From positions 8,040 through 72,039 of the forward strand of contig JAFVTA010000061.1 of NCBI GenBank assembly GCA_017503525.1: a stretch of DNA of 64,000 nt. Reading direction: 5' to 3'. The DNA comes from Clostridia bacterium. Lineage in GTDB: Bacteria; Bacillota; Clostridia; Christensenellales; Borkfalkiaceae. Of the stretch, positions 38,785-47,809 are shown piece by piece (position 1 is the stretch's first letter; each line of letters begins with the position of its first letter). The translations under genes were made by a program, and so were the position numbers. The notes below the pieces were generated by a model. The model was given only the letters and a program-made list of their open reading frames with translations, ran no database searches and had not been told where the DNA came from.

Positions 38785-38812
38785 AAAGCCTCGCTATTGC
38801 GAGGCTTTTATT
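38785..38812. terminator. Intrinsic terminator between convergent genes
   Basis: AAAGCCTCGC/GCGAGGCTTT hairpin. Confidence 0.7.
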
Positions 38813-39182
38813 ATAACGGTATTCCAAAGAAATTATCCTTGCCCGAATTTAATTCCAACAAAAGGATAGAGGCGATAAACGCTCGGCGTTCGTCGATACT
38901 CGCTCTCTTAAATAAGTGCTTGCGTTTAAAAGCGCGGTATTGCTTGGGATATAACGCCTTAACGGACGGAAACCCGTACACGCCGTCTACGCAAGTGACA
39001 AGATTGATTTCTTCACCGCCCGACACCTCGCGCCAGTCGAAAAAGTTTTTGTCCTTTTTATAACGGCAGATATACACGCAGCTGCTATCTCCGCCCTTTT
39101 GATAGGAATACTCAAAGACAAAGCCCTTTTCCATCAAAGGCAGGGTTAATAATTTAATTTTTTCTGCGGATTGTACTTCCAT
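38811..39182 (-). CDS. Hypothetical protein (123 aa)
   Basis: ORF 38811..39206. I prefer ATG 39182 (MEVQSAEKIKLL...) with AAGGA upstream, because earlier codons would lie inside the clamp-element stem. No recognisable domain. Confidence 0.5.
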   Translation of the reverse strand: MEVQSAEKIKLLTLPLMEKGFVFEYSYQKGGDSSCVYICRYKKDKNFFDWREVSGGEEINLVTCVDGVYGFPSVKALYPKQYRAFKRKHLFKRASIDERRAFIASILLLELNSGKDNFFGIPL

Positions 39183-39195
39183 AGTTATCCTTTTA

Positions 39196-39471
39196 TAGCC
39201 AATCAAGACCGAATTGAATCAGGTTTTTGATGGCAGATTTTCTCTAATACTGCGTTAAAATCCTCGGTAAACCGTTTGGTTGCCCTGCGGTTTTGCCTTG
39301 TCTTATCCAAAATCTGCTCGGCAAAACCTGCAAGGCATCTCAAAGCAAGGATTTTTCGATAGATTTTGACAAAGGCGGTTGCAGTTGTATCGACATACTA
39401 CAAGAACGCATTTGGCGAAATATACGGAAAAGACTGCTTTGAGACTGGTTCAATTCGGTCTTGATTGGCTA
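39196..39471 (+). ncRNA. Candidate structured RNA, clamp element copy B (276 nt)
   Basis: 27-bp closing stem (39196..39222 with 39445..39471) with one pair, T39219-G39448, that is U-G only on the plus strand. Interior homologous to copy A. Plus-strand terminator immediately 3'. Confidence 0.5.
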
Positions 39472-39500
39472 AAGGGGCGTTTTTACGCCCCTTTTGTTGT
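39471..39500 (+). terminator. Intrinsic terminator after clamp element B
   Basis: AAAGGGGCG/CGCCCCTTT hairpin followed by TTTTGTTGTT. Confidence 0.7.
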
Positions 39501-39524
39501 TCAACCCATACATGGGTGGTTTCT

Positions 39525-41345
39525 TTATTCCAAAATAGCCTTGATACGGCGGATACCCGAACCGCTGCTTTGTTCTTTTTGGATTTTAAAATGGCCAAGC
39601 TTACCCGTCGATTCTACGTGAGGACCGCCGCAAATTTCTTTAGAGAAATCGCCGATGGTGTAAGTCTTAACCACTTCGCCGTACTTGCTTTCAAACAAGC
39701 CCGTGAACCCTTCCGCTTTCGCCTCTTCCAAAGAAATTTCCTTCATGACCACGGGAATATCCGCTTTGATTACCTCGTTTACAAGGTCCTCTACCGCTTT
39801 GATTTGTTCGGGGGTCATGGGTTGGGGAAGATTGAAGTCGAAACGCAATCTTTCCTCGGTAATGTTGGAACCCTTTTGATTTACGTCGGGAGAACATACC
39901 TTTTTAAGCGCCGCGTGGAGCAAGTGGGTTGCCGTATGGAGCGCCGTCGTAGCCTCTTTATGGTCGGCAAGACCGCAAGCGAATTTACCTTCGCTCCCTG
40001 CCTTACTCTTGCTTTGGTGTTCTTCAAACGCCGCTTTGTAGCCGTCCAAATCTACCGTGAACCCACGCTCTTTTGCCATTTCGTCCGTGATTTCCACGGG
40101 GAAACCGTAGGTATCGTACAAACGGAAAGCTTGCTTGCCGTTAATCACCTTTTCGGGAACGTAGCTAGGATCGTTTTGCGCCATAAACATGTTCTTGCGC
40201 TCGATACCGCTAATGCACTTTTCAAATTCCTTTAAGCCCTGCTGTAAGGTCTTGTTGAACTTCGCCTCTTCTTTGTTGAGCTCTTCGGCAATCTTGTCCG
40301 CGTTGATTTTTAATTCGGGATATACATCTTGGTACTCCTCGATAAACGCCTTAGAAATGGTTGCAAGACTGCCTTCAGGCAGGTCGATTTTTCTTCCGTA
40401 GCGCACCGCGCGTCTAATAATTCTGCGCAAAATATACCCTTGGTCGGTGTTGGAAGGCACGATACCCTTTTCGTCGCCGAGCATAAAGGTCGCCGTACGC
40501 GTGTGGTCCAACAGCACGCGGAAGGATTTGGTCGTTTCCTCGTTATCGTCATAGTTCTTGCCCGTAAGCGAGGAGATTACTTTAATCGCATTTTCAAACA
40601 AGTCCGTTTCGTATACGCTGGACTTCCCGTTCAATACGCAAAGCGCGCGCTCTAAACCCATACCCGTGTCCACGTTCTTTTGCGAAAGTTCGGTGTACGA
40701 ACCGTCCGCTTGCTTGTTAAAGCGCATGAATACGTCGTTCCAAATTTCAAGGAATGCGCCGCAGTTGCAATCGGGATTACAGGTAGGCGAGCACTTGGGC
40801 TTACGGATAACGAACATTTCGGTGTCCGTACCGCAAGGGCCGGTCAAGCCGGCAGGCCCCCACCAGTTGTTTTCACGGGGCATGAAATAGATATTTTCTT
40901 TCTTGATGCCCGCCTTTTCCCAAAGCTCCGCCGCCTCGTTGTCGCAGGGCAGGGTTTCGTCCCCGCCGAATACGGTTACGGCAATTTTATCGGCGGGAAT
41001 GTTCAAATACTTCTCGCCCGTCAAAAATTCATAACTCCAAGGGATCATTTCTTCCTTGAAATAATCGCCCAGCGACCAGTTGCCGAGCATTTCAAAGAAG
41101 GTGCAGTGTCTTTCGTCGCCAACATCGTCGATATCCCCCGTACGCACGCACTTTTGCACGTCGGTAAGACGGTTGCCCGCAGGGTGCTTTTCACCAAGCA
41201 AATAAGGCACGAGGGGGTGCATACCCGCCGTCGTAAACAGTACGGTAGGATCGTTTTCGGGGATCAAGGATGCGGAAGGGATTACTTTATGCCCGCGGTC
41301 TTTGAAAAAGCCCAAATATAATTCTCTTAAATCTTTTGCTTTCAT
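39525..41345 (-). CDS. alaS: Alanine--tRNA ligase, short form ending after the editing domain
   Basis: ORF 39525..41408 with start moved to ATG 41345 (MKAKDLRELYLGFF). Class II core FTTAGMHP, editing-site HTATHLLH and CGGPHV. 606 aa. Confidence 0.9.
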   Translation of the reverse strand: MKAKDLRELYLGFFKDRGHKVIPSASLIPENDPTVLFTTAGMHPLVPYLLGEKHPAGNRLTDVQKCVRTGDIDDVGDERHCTFFEMLGNWSLGDYFKEEMIPWSYEFLTGEKYLNIPADKIAVTVFGGDETLPCDNEAAELWEKAGIKKENIYFMPRENNWWGPAGLTGPCGTDTEMFVIRKPKCSPTCNPDCNCGAFLEIWNDVFMRFNKQADGSYTELSQKNVDTGMGLERALCVLNGKSSVYETDLFENAIKVISSLTGKNYDDNEETTKSFRVLLDHTRTATFMLGDEKGIVPSNTDQGYILRRIIRRAVRYGRKIDLPEGSLATISKAFIEEYQDVYPELKINADKIAEELNKEEAKFNKTLQQGLKEFEKCISGIERKNMFMAQNDPSYVPEKVINGKQAFRLYDTYGFPVEITDEMAKERGFTVDLDGYKAAFEEHQSKSKAGSEGKFACGLADHKEATTALHTATHLLHAALKKVCSPDVNQKGSNITEERLRFDFNLPQPMTPEQIKAVEDLVNEVIKADIPVVMKEISLEEAKAEGFTGLFESKYGEVVKTYTIGDFSKEICGGPHVESTGKLGHFKIQKEQSSGSGIRRIKAILE

Positions 41346-41427
41346 AAGGTTTGTCCTTCTTTTTGATTTTCGCTTTTCATTATATATGCCTGCCCCCCAG
41401 TTTGTCAAGCAAACGCAAGGGGTACGC

Positions 41428-42876
41428 TTAATTTTTCGTCAATTCATAGCCCGTTTTGCTGTCTTTCACCGCATATCCAAGCTCTAAAAGCTTGGCTCTA
41501 AGCTCGTCGCTCTTCGCCCAGTCACGATTTTGTCTGGCTTCCCAGCGTTCCTTAGCGATTTCTTGTACCTCAGCAGGGATATCCGCCGCGTTTTTACTAT
41601 CGTACCAAGCCAAATACTCGCTCGGGTTTTTCTTGAACAATCCCAACAGCTCGTAGGTCTTTCTCACCGCAATCGAAAGGGACAACGCCTCGAATAAATC
41701 CCCCGATTTCCCTGCGGTAAGCAGTTTTTTTATTTCCTTGAAATACCCGAAAAGGTTGGAAAGAGCCAGGGCAGTGTTGAAGTCATCGCTCATGCATTCG
41801 TCAAATTCGCGCTCCACTTTGCCTGCGCTCTCCGCCGCGCGCGTCGCATCGTCCATGCTTAAAGTGAACTCCATGCCGCGCACCTTGTCCATGACTTTAT
41901 CCAGCACCGCAAGGGTGGTGTAAAATTCGTAGAGGTGCTTTTCCGCTTCGGGGAATAACTCGTTTGTAATGTTGATATCGTTTCGGTAGTTGGTTTGCAA
42001 AAGCGCAAACTTCACCGCCTCGTCCGAATATTTTTCCAAAAGGTCGGCAAGGAGTAAGCTATTTCCCAAGGACTTGCTCATTTTTTGACCGTTGACTTTA
42101 ATCAAGCCGTTGTGTGTCCAGTATTTTACGAACTGCTTGCCCGTCAACGCTTCCGTCTGCGCGATTTCATTCTCGTGGTGAGGGAAAATCAAATCTCTGC
42201 CGCCGCCGTGAATGTCGATTTGTTCGCCAAACGCCTCTCTGTTCATTGCCGAGCATTCGATATGCCAGCCCGGTCTGCCTTTTCCCCAAGGGGAATCCCA
42301 AGAAATCTCGCCCGGCTTTGCGCTCTTCCAAAGCGCGAAGTCGTAGGCGTTCTTTTTCTCATCGTCGTTATCCACGCGCACGCCGTCCAACGCGTCCTCA
42401 ATGTTGCGGTTGGAAAGCTTACCGTACCCGGGGAAGGACGCCACGTCAAAGTACACGTCCCCGTTCTTCGTAGGGTATGCGTGTCCTTTTTCAATGAGCT
42501 TGGTGACAAATTCGATAATGTTTTCGATATTCTCCGTCGCCTTTAACCATACGTCGGGATCGTCCACCTCGAACTTATCCATGATTTTATTGATGTTTTC
42601 TATCATTTTAGCAGCGTATTCGTCCGCAGGAATCCCCGTTTCACGGGATTTTGCGATAATCTTATCGTCTACGTCCGTATAGTTGCGCGCATAGGTGACG
42701 TCGTAGCCCAAGCGTTTGAGATATTTACGCATAATATCGTAAATAAGCGCTTGATAGCCATGCCCGATATGCGCCTCGCCCGATACCGTAATACCGCAGG
42801 CGTACATTTTTACCTTGTTGCCTTCCAGCGGCTCAAATTCTTCCTTTCTCTTGGTATAAGAATTGTATATTTTCAT
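41428..42876 (-). CDS. cysS: Cysteine--tRNA ligase
   Basis: 482-aa ORF with HIGH-type AHIGHG and KMSKS motifs. Confidence 0.95.
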   Translation of the reverse strand: MKIYNSYTKRKEEFEPLEGNKVKMYACGITVSGEAHIGHGYQALIYDIMRKYLKRLGYDVTYARNYTDVDDKIIAKSRETGIPADEYAAKMIENINKIMDKFEVDDPDVWLKATENIENIIEFVTKLIEKGHAYPTKNGDVYFDVASFPGYGKLSNRNIEDALDGVRVDNDDEKKNAYDFALWKSAKPGEISWDSPWGKGRPGWHIECSAMNREAFGEQIDIHGGGRDLIFPHHENEIAQTEALTGKQFVKYWTHNGLIKVNGQKMSKSLGNSLLLADLLEKYSDEAVKFALLQTNYRNDINITNELFPEAEKHLYEFYTTLAVLDKVMDKVRGMEFTLSMDDATRAAESAGKVEREFDECMSDDFNTALALSNLFGYFKEIKKLLTAGKSGDLFEALSLSIAVRKTYELLGLFKKNPSEYLAWYDSKNAADIPAEVQEIAKERWEARQNRDWAKSDELRAKLLELGYAVKDSKTGYELTKN

Positions 42877-42909
42877 AATCTTTCTCCTTTCACCTCGTAC
42901 ATGGTAGGC

Positions 42910-43554
42910 TCATTTCTTTTCATTCCGTTTTGCTTCCGCTTCGCTTGCCAGCTCTTTCGCCAGCTGCTCTTTTGCCTCGTGGGAGAGTGCAAGCGCAGCC
43001 GTCATACCGCTTTTCACAGGGTCTTCCGTTTCAGGCGTGCGAATCCGCACGATACGTCCGGGAACACCTACGACGGTCGCGTACGGGGGCACTTCCTTTA
43101 ACACCACCGCGCCCGCGCCGATTTTCGCGCCCTTGCCGACGGTAAAACCGCCCAGCACCTTTGCCCCTGCCGAAAGGGTGACGTTCTCCATAATGGTGGG
43201 GTGACGCTTGCCGTGCTCCTTGCCCGTCCCGCCCAAGGTGACTCCTTGGTAAATGACCGTGCCCTTATGCACTTCCGCCGTTTCTCCGATCACCACGCCG
43301 CTGCCGTGGTCAATGAACACGCCCGCCTCGATTTTCGCCGCAGGGTGGATTTCTACCCCCGTGAAAAACCTCGCCGTTTGGCTTAAAATGCGCGCGATGA
43401 GTTTGAGTTTAATCTTATAGAAGAAGTGCGCAACCCTGTGCCACGACAAAGCGTGCACGCCCGAATAGGTGAGCAATACCTCAAAGGAGTTGCGCGCCGC
43501 TGGGTCGTTGGCTTTTGCCGCTTTGATATCCTCTCGTAAACTTTTAAAAAACAT
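42910..43554 (-). CDS. cysE: Serine O-acetyltransferase
   Basis: 214-aa ORF with SAT N-terminal helices plus hexapeptide repeats (GVVIGETAEV) and a charged C-terminal tail. Confidence 0.9.
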   Translation of the reverse strand: MFFKSLREDIKAAKANDPAARNSFEVLLTYSGVHALSWHRVAHFFYKIKLKLIARILSQTARFFTGVEIHPAAKIEAGVFIDHGSGVVIGETAEVHKGTVIYQGVTLGGTGKEHGKRHPTIMENVTLSAGAKVLGGFTVGKGAKIGAGAVVLKEVPPYATVVGVPGRIVRIRTPETEDPVKSGMTAALALSHEAKEQLAKELASEAEAKRNEKK

Positions 43555-43805
43555 AACCGTTCTCCAAAAAATAAACGCCTTTACACCATGTTGGCGTAAA
43601 GGCGTATTTCAACGCTGTTCCACTTTACTTCAAAAAAGCCGAAGGCTTTTTCCTTTTTCGTCCTATCACGGCGGACCCACCGCACCTTACAACGCGAAAA
43701 CGCACTTTCCCAACCCCTCTTACCCTAACGCGCTTTCAGCCCACGGCGCGCCTCTCTGTCACGGCAGAGGGAAAAGGTACTCTTTTTCCGCTCGGTATTT
43801 ATTTT
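43555..43805 (-). ncRNA. T-box riboswitch leader of cysE-cysS (candidate Cys specifier UGC)
   Basis: Minus strand has an AGAGAG stem-I element (plus 43751..43760), a UGC triplet in GAAAGUGCG (plus ~43702..43704), the T-box-like GGUGCGGUGGGUCCGCCGUGAUAGG (plus 43668..43690) and the terminator AAAAAGCCUUCGGCUUUUUU (plus 43632..43651). Promoter TTGCCT-N17-TATAAT at plus 43811..43839. Confidence 0.8.
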
Positions 43806-43850
43806 TCATTATTATAGCATATGCGCGTATAAAAGGCAAGTGTTTTTAAA

Positions 43851-44025
43851 GGCTATATCATAGAAAACGATTGATTAGTGATTTATCACGGTTTGACGAG
43901 GAAAACACAAAAAAGACCAGCGTTTTTTGAGGGCGCATACCCCCAGCGGTATGAAACCGAGGAAAACGCGAAGTATTTTGCAGGGTTTTTCCGTCAAAAA
44001 TCAATCGGGTGAGGTGATAGAGCCT
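43851..44025. other. 175-nt rod-like imperfect hairpin element
   Basis: GGCTATATCA/TGATAGAGCC, CGATTGATT/AATCAATCG and TTTGACG/CGTCAAA pair end to end. Lies between the T-box promoter and the stop of the 44027..44653 gene. Confidence 0.4.
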
Positions 44026-44026
44026 A

Positions 44027-44653
44027 TTACTTAATAAACAAATTTTCCACTTTATACTCTTTCAAAGCCGCGTCGATCATACCGCGGTTATACACCTTGC
44101 GGGTAAGCAGGTACGAGATGACGACGTCCTTCACGATCGCCATATCCATAACCTCGCCGCACAGCGCAAGCAATGCAACGGTATCCTCGTAGGAAAAATT
44201 CCCCGTCAACGCAAGGGAAAGCACGAGGTTTTTCGAGGGCAAGAACTTGCCCTTGCAAATCCCCTGCCAAATTTCCGCGGATACGTTTAAACTTTCAAGC
44301 GCGCCTTCTTCCGTCAAGCCGTACTTATCAAGCAACGTCTTTAAGCCCTTGTAGACGGCGTATTTGGAGTAATGCTCCTTGATACGGGCAAACAGCCCAA
44401 GCGTACGGAACGAGAAGGAAAACGTGATATCCGTCATGCGCGTTTTTAACTCGGCAAGTAAGGATTTTTTCTCTTTTTGCTCTGCAAGACACATGGTTTC
44501 GGGGGGCAGGGTATAGGCGTACACTCTGCCGTACTCGTCCGTTTTCGTGCGTTGCATGACGGGCATTTCATACCCGGGCAAAATACAAAGCTTATCGTAA
44601 TTTGCATATTTTTCGCAAAAATATTCGTCTAAATCGGTTAAAAAATCGTACAT
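44027..44653 (-). CDS. Hypothetical protein with possible C-terminal HTH
   Basis: 208-aa ORF. The C-terminal part (LNVSAEIWQGICKGKFLPSKNLVLSLA) looks XRE-HTH-like; no other recognisable domain. Confidence 0.55.
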   Translation of the reverse strand: MYDFLTDLDEYFCEKYANYDKLCILPGYEMPVMQRTKTDEYGRVYAYTLPPETMCLAEQKEKKSLLAELKTRMTDITFSFSFRTLGLFARIKEHYSKYAVYKGLKTLLDKYGLTEEGALESLNVSAEIWQGICKGKFLPSKNLVLSLALTGNFSYEDTVALLALCGEVMDMAIVKDVVISYLLTRKVYNRGMIDAALKEYKVENLFIK

Positions 44654-44852
44654 TTTTTCTTCCGCCTACCCTTTCTTTCCTCTATTATACCACAGTTTTA
44701 TGTAAAACCGCAAGCAAAAATCAAGCAAAAGAAAATTTCATTTTTTTGTGAAAATTACAAAAAAAATTACAAAACCACCCCCGTTCGGTTGCAAATTTTT
44801 CATTTTTATGATAAATTATATGTGAAAAAAACACAAAAAGGAGTAAACACCT

Positions 44853-45611
44853 ATGAAAAGGGATCGTATTGATAAAGTTGCGGAAGTTTTAGACAAACGC
44901 GGTAAGCTGACTTTTGAACAGCTGGAAGAGTTCTTCCCCCACGTTTCGCAAATGACCTTGCGCAGAGATTTGTTTCAATTAGAAGAGGAAGGCAAGATTA
45001 TTCGTATCCGCGGCGGCGCAATGTCCGTACGCGAAGTACAAAAGACTTCGGGCGAGCATTACACCAAGAAAACGACCATTCACACGGATGAAAAAATTGT
45101 GATCGCGCAAAAAGCAGCGGATTTAATCGACGAGGGCGCATCCATTTTCATTGACGGCGGCACGACAGCGCTGTATCTGGCTAAGGAAATGCCCGATCGT
45201 CCCTGCAACGTGTTCACCAACGGCTTGGCGGTTGCCAGCGAGCTTGCGAAAAAGAAAAACGTAGTGGTAAACGTGCTCGGCGGACAGCTCATCAAGGAAA
45301 ACCTGTCCACGGCATCCTCTTTCTCCTCGCTGTATTTCACGGACACGAATTTCGAGCTTGCGATTATCTCCGCGGCGGCGTTCACCCCCGAAAACGGGTT
45401 CTCGTGCAGCTCGCAGGTAGAGGCGGAGCTGCTCCGCGTAATCTGCAAGAAGGCGAAGTTCTTGTACATGATGCTGGATAGCTCGAAAATCGGCAAAATC
45501 AAGCCCTACACCTTTGCGCGGGCGGAGGATATCAACGTTTTGATTACGGACGAGGAATTCCCCGATGCGCTTAAAGAGGATTTCAAGGCAAAGGATATCG
45601 TTGTTATTTAA
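44853..45611 (+). CDS. DeoR family transcriptional regulator
   Basis: 252-aa ORF with N-terminal wHTH (LEEFFPHVSQMTLRRDLFQLEEEGKIIRIRGGA) and a C-terminal DeoR sugar-binding domain. Confidence 0.88.
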   Translation: MKRDRIDKVAEVLDKRGKLTFEQLEEFFPHVSQMTLRRDLFQLEEEGKIIRIRGGAMSVREVQKTSGEHYTKKTTIHTDEKIVIAQKAADLIDEGASIFIDGGTTALYLAKEMPDRPCNVFTNGLAVASELAKKKNVVVNVLGGQLIKENLSTASSFSSLYFTDTNFELAIISAAAFTPENGFSCSSQVEAELLRVICKKAKFLYMMLDSSKIGKIKPYTFARAEDINVLITDEEFPDALKEDFKAKDIVVI

Positions 45612-45650
45612 AAAATCGCGTTTCGCTTATTTGCGAAACGCGATTACTTT

Positions 45651-46772
45651 TTATAGAACCTTTTTATACGCCCTTCTGCGTTTGTGCTGCACGTTGTCAA
45701 ACCGCTTCCAAACCGCCTGTATAGCGGTATTGCTTTCCAAATTAAGGTTGGTTTCCATATATTGTACGGACGGCTCTGCCAACATTCCGCCGATGACGGA
45801 TAAAAAGAGCACACTCAACCCCGTCTTTCGGTACCGCGGCATAATCCCCACTAAAGCAAGATCGATAGATTCAGGCTTTCTAATGGCTCTTAATAAACGA
45901 ACGAGGCAGGCAGGTGTGAGTTTACCACCGCTTTTTTGTATGGCTTTACCAAATCCGGGGATACAAACCCCGAAGGCAACGACTTCCTCGTTTTCGTCAC
46001 AAACGACAGTCAAATACTTACGATTGAGTACCATCATAAACTGGCTGGTCATCTGCTTTTGCATTTCGGGCGTATAGGGCACAACCCCGTAAAGCCCCTT
46101 ATAGCACTCGTCAATGCACCTAAAAATCCCTTCCCCGTATTTTTTGATAAAGGCGCGCTTCCCCATGCCTTCACCAGCAATATGCAAGTTGTGTTTTTTA
46201 AGTGTGTGGTCGAGCAGTTTCTGCATCCTCTCATCCACCTTTTCCGAGGCGAACAGCCGAGATTCTACCCAGTCTACATCTTTAGCGTATCCACAGCCCT
46301 CAATCAAATCTGCATAGTAGGGATAATTGTACTGTTCTTCAAAGGTGGAAAGATATTCAAACCCCTCTATCAACAGTCCTTCGCGCTCCAAATCGCTATA
46401 TCCAAGAGGCCCTACCAGCTCTTCCATGCAAAGTTGGCGCGCCCACTCTTCCACGGCACGAAACAAAGCCTTTGCCGTCTCCGCATTCTCTTCACAGTCA
46501 AAACGGGTAAAACGCGCTTGCTTTGTTTGATAAATTCGATTATAATCCTTTTGAATGATACCTTGGATACGCCCAACAATCACACCGTCCCTCTCCGCTA
46601 AAAAGAACACGGACTTGCAGGTCTTGCAATATATATTCTTGCTGGTAAATATCTTGCGTTCGTCACCGTATAAAGGGGGTACGAAATAAGGATTGCCTTT
46701 ATACAGGCGCAAAGGATATTCTACAAATTCTCTTCTTTGTTTTTTCGTTTGAACTTCAATAATCTTTAGCAT
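45651..46772 (-). CDS. GNAT-fold acyltransferase-like protein
   Basis: 373-aa ORF. Assignment is from overall resemblance to the ~370-aa clostridial N-acetyltransferase family (MLKIIEV...YKGNPYFVPPL) and is not motif-proven. Confidence 0.5.
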   Translation of the reverse strand: MLKIIEVQTKKQRREFVEYPLRLYKGNPYFVPPLYGDERKIFTSKNIYCKTCKSVFFLAERDGVIVGRIQGIIQKDYNRIYQTKQARFTRFDCEENAETAKALFRAVEEWARQLCMEELVGPLGYSDLEREGLLIEGFEYLSTFEEQYNYPYYADLIEGCGYAKDVDWVESRLFASEKVDERMQKLLDHTLKKHNLHIAGEGMGKRAFIKKYGEGIFRCIDECYKGLYGVVPYTPEMQKQMTSQFMMVLNRKYLTVVCDENEEVVAFGVCIPGFGKAIQKSGGKLTPACLVRLLRAIRKPESIDLALVGIMPRYRKTGLSVLFLSVIGGMLAEPSVQYMETNLNLESNTAIQAVWKRFDNVQHKRRRAYKKVL

Positions 46773-46888
46773 TTTTCTCGAAAAAGAGTTTTATTTGAAA
46801 TATTATACCATATAATTCCCCAAAAGTCAAGCATTGTGTAGAAAAAATCGCGTAAGGCATTACCTTACGCGATTTTGAGTATTTGATT

Positions 46889-47782
46889 TTAGTTCTTCAT
46901 TGCCGCAACTTGTTTAGCAACTTCTTCGCTCAAATCTTCGCTCTTCTTTTCAAGGCCTTCGCCCATTACGAAGAACGCAAACTTGTTAACGGAAACGCCT
47001 GCGGATTTAAGAAGGTCGGAAATTTTCTTGGAGTCGTCCTTAATGAACGCTTGTTCCAAAAGACAGTTTTCTTCGTAGAATTTCTTAATTCTGCCCAAAA
47101 CCATTTTTTCAGCGATCGCTTCGGGTTTGCCTTCGTTCATCGCTTGCTGTTTAAGCACTTCCTTTTCCTTTGCAATCGTTTCTTCGGAAACTTCTTCCTT
47201 AGTAAGGTAAGCAGGCTTCGTGAACGCGATTTGCAAGGTGATATCGTGCGCTACTTCTTTAGCCGCATCGGTAGCCGCGCCGTTCATGTCAAGCAAAACG
47301 CCGAGCTTGCCGCCAAGGTGGATATAGCTTTCAAGGAAACCTTCGGTGACGAATTTTTCAAATCTTCTAACAGCGATCTTTTCACCGATGATAGCGATTT
47401 TACCCTTAAGGTATTCTTCAACCGTGCCGTTTGCTGCGGTGTTGCAAGCAAGCAATTCTTCAACGCTTGCAGGGCTGCACTTTGCCACGACTTTAGCAAC
47501 TTCGTTTGCGATTTCCAAGAATTGAGGGTTCTTAGCAACGAAGTCGGATTCGCAGTTCAATTCTACCATAACGCCCGTGTTGCCGTCGATAACGCAAGCT
47601 ACGATACCTTCCGCAGCGATACGGGATGCTTTCTTTTCAGCCTTCGCGATACCTCTTTCTCTCAACAAATCAGCCGCTTTGCTCATGTCGCCGTCAGCGT
47701 CGGTCAATGCTTTTTTGCAGTCCATAACGCCTGCGCCCGTCTTTTCGCGGAGCGCCATTACGTCTTTAGCCGTGAATGCCAT
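46889..47782 (-). CDS. tsf: Translation elongation factor Ts
   Basis: 297-aa ORF with the UBA-like N-terminus LREKTGAGVMDCKKAL. Confidence 0.96.
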   Translation of the reverse strand: MAFTAKDVMALREKTGAGVMDCKKALTDADGDMSKAADLLRERGIAKAEKKASRIAAEGIVACVIDGNTGVMVELNCESDFVAKNPQFLEIANEVAKVVAKCSPASVEELLACNTAANGTVEEYLKGKIAIIGEKIAVRRFEKFVTEGFLESYIHLGGKLGVLLDMNGAATDAAKEVAHDITLQIAFTKPAYLTKEEVSEETIAKEKEVLKQQAMNEGKPEAIAEKMVLGRIKKFYEENCLLEQAFIKDDSKKISDLLKSAGVSVNKFAFFVMGEGLEKKSEDLSEEVAKQVAAMKN

Positions 47783-47809
47783 AATTTTTTTTCTCCTTAT
47801 ATTTTAAGA

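Noticed and set aside
43851-44025. Calling the 175-nt rod 6S RNA.
   Set aside because: Its size and rod shape fit. However, I cannot identify the symmetric central bubble with conserved nucleotides, and I have no promoter or terminator evidence or strand assignment. It is left as an unnamed structural element.
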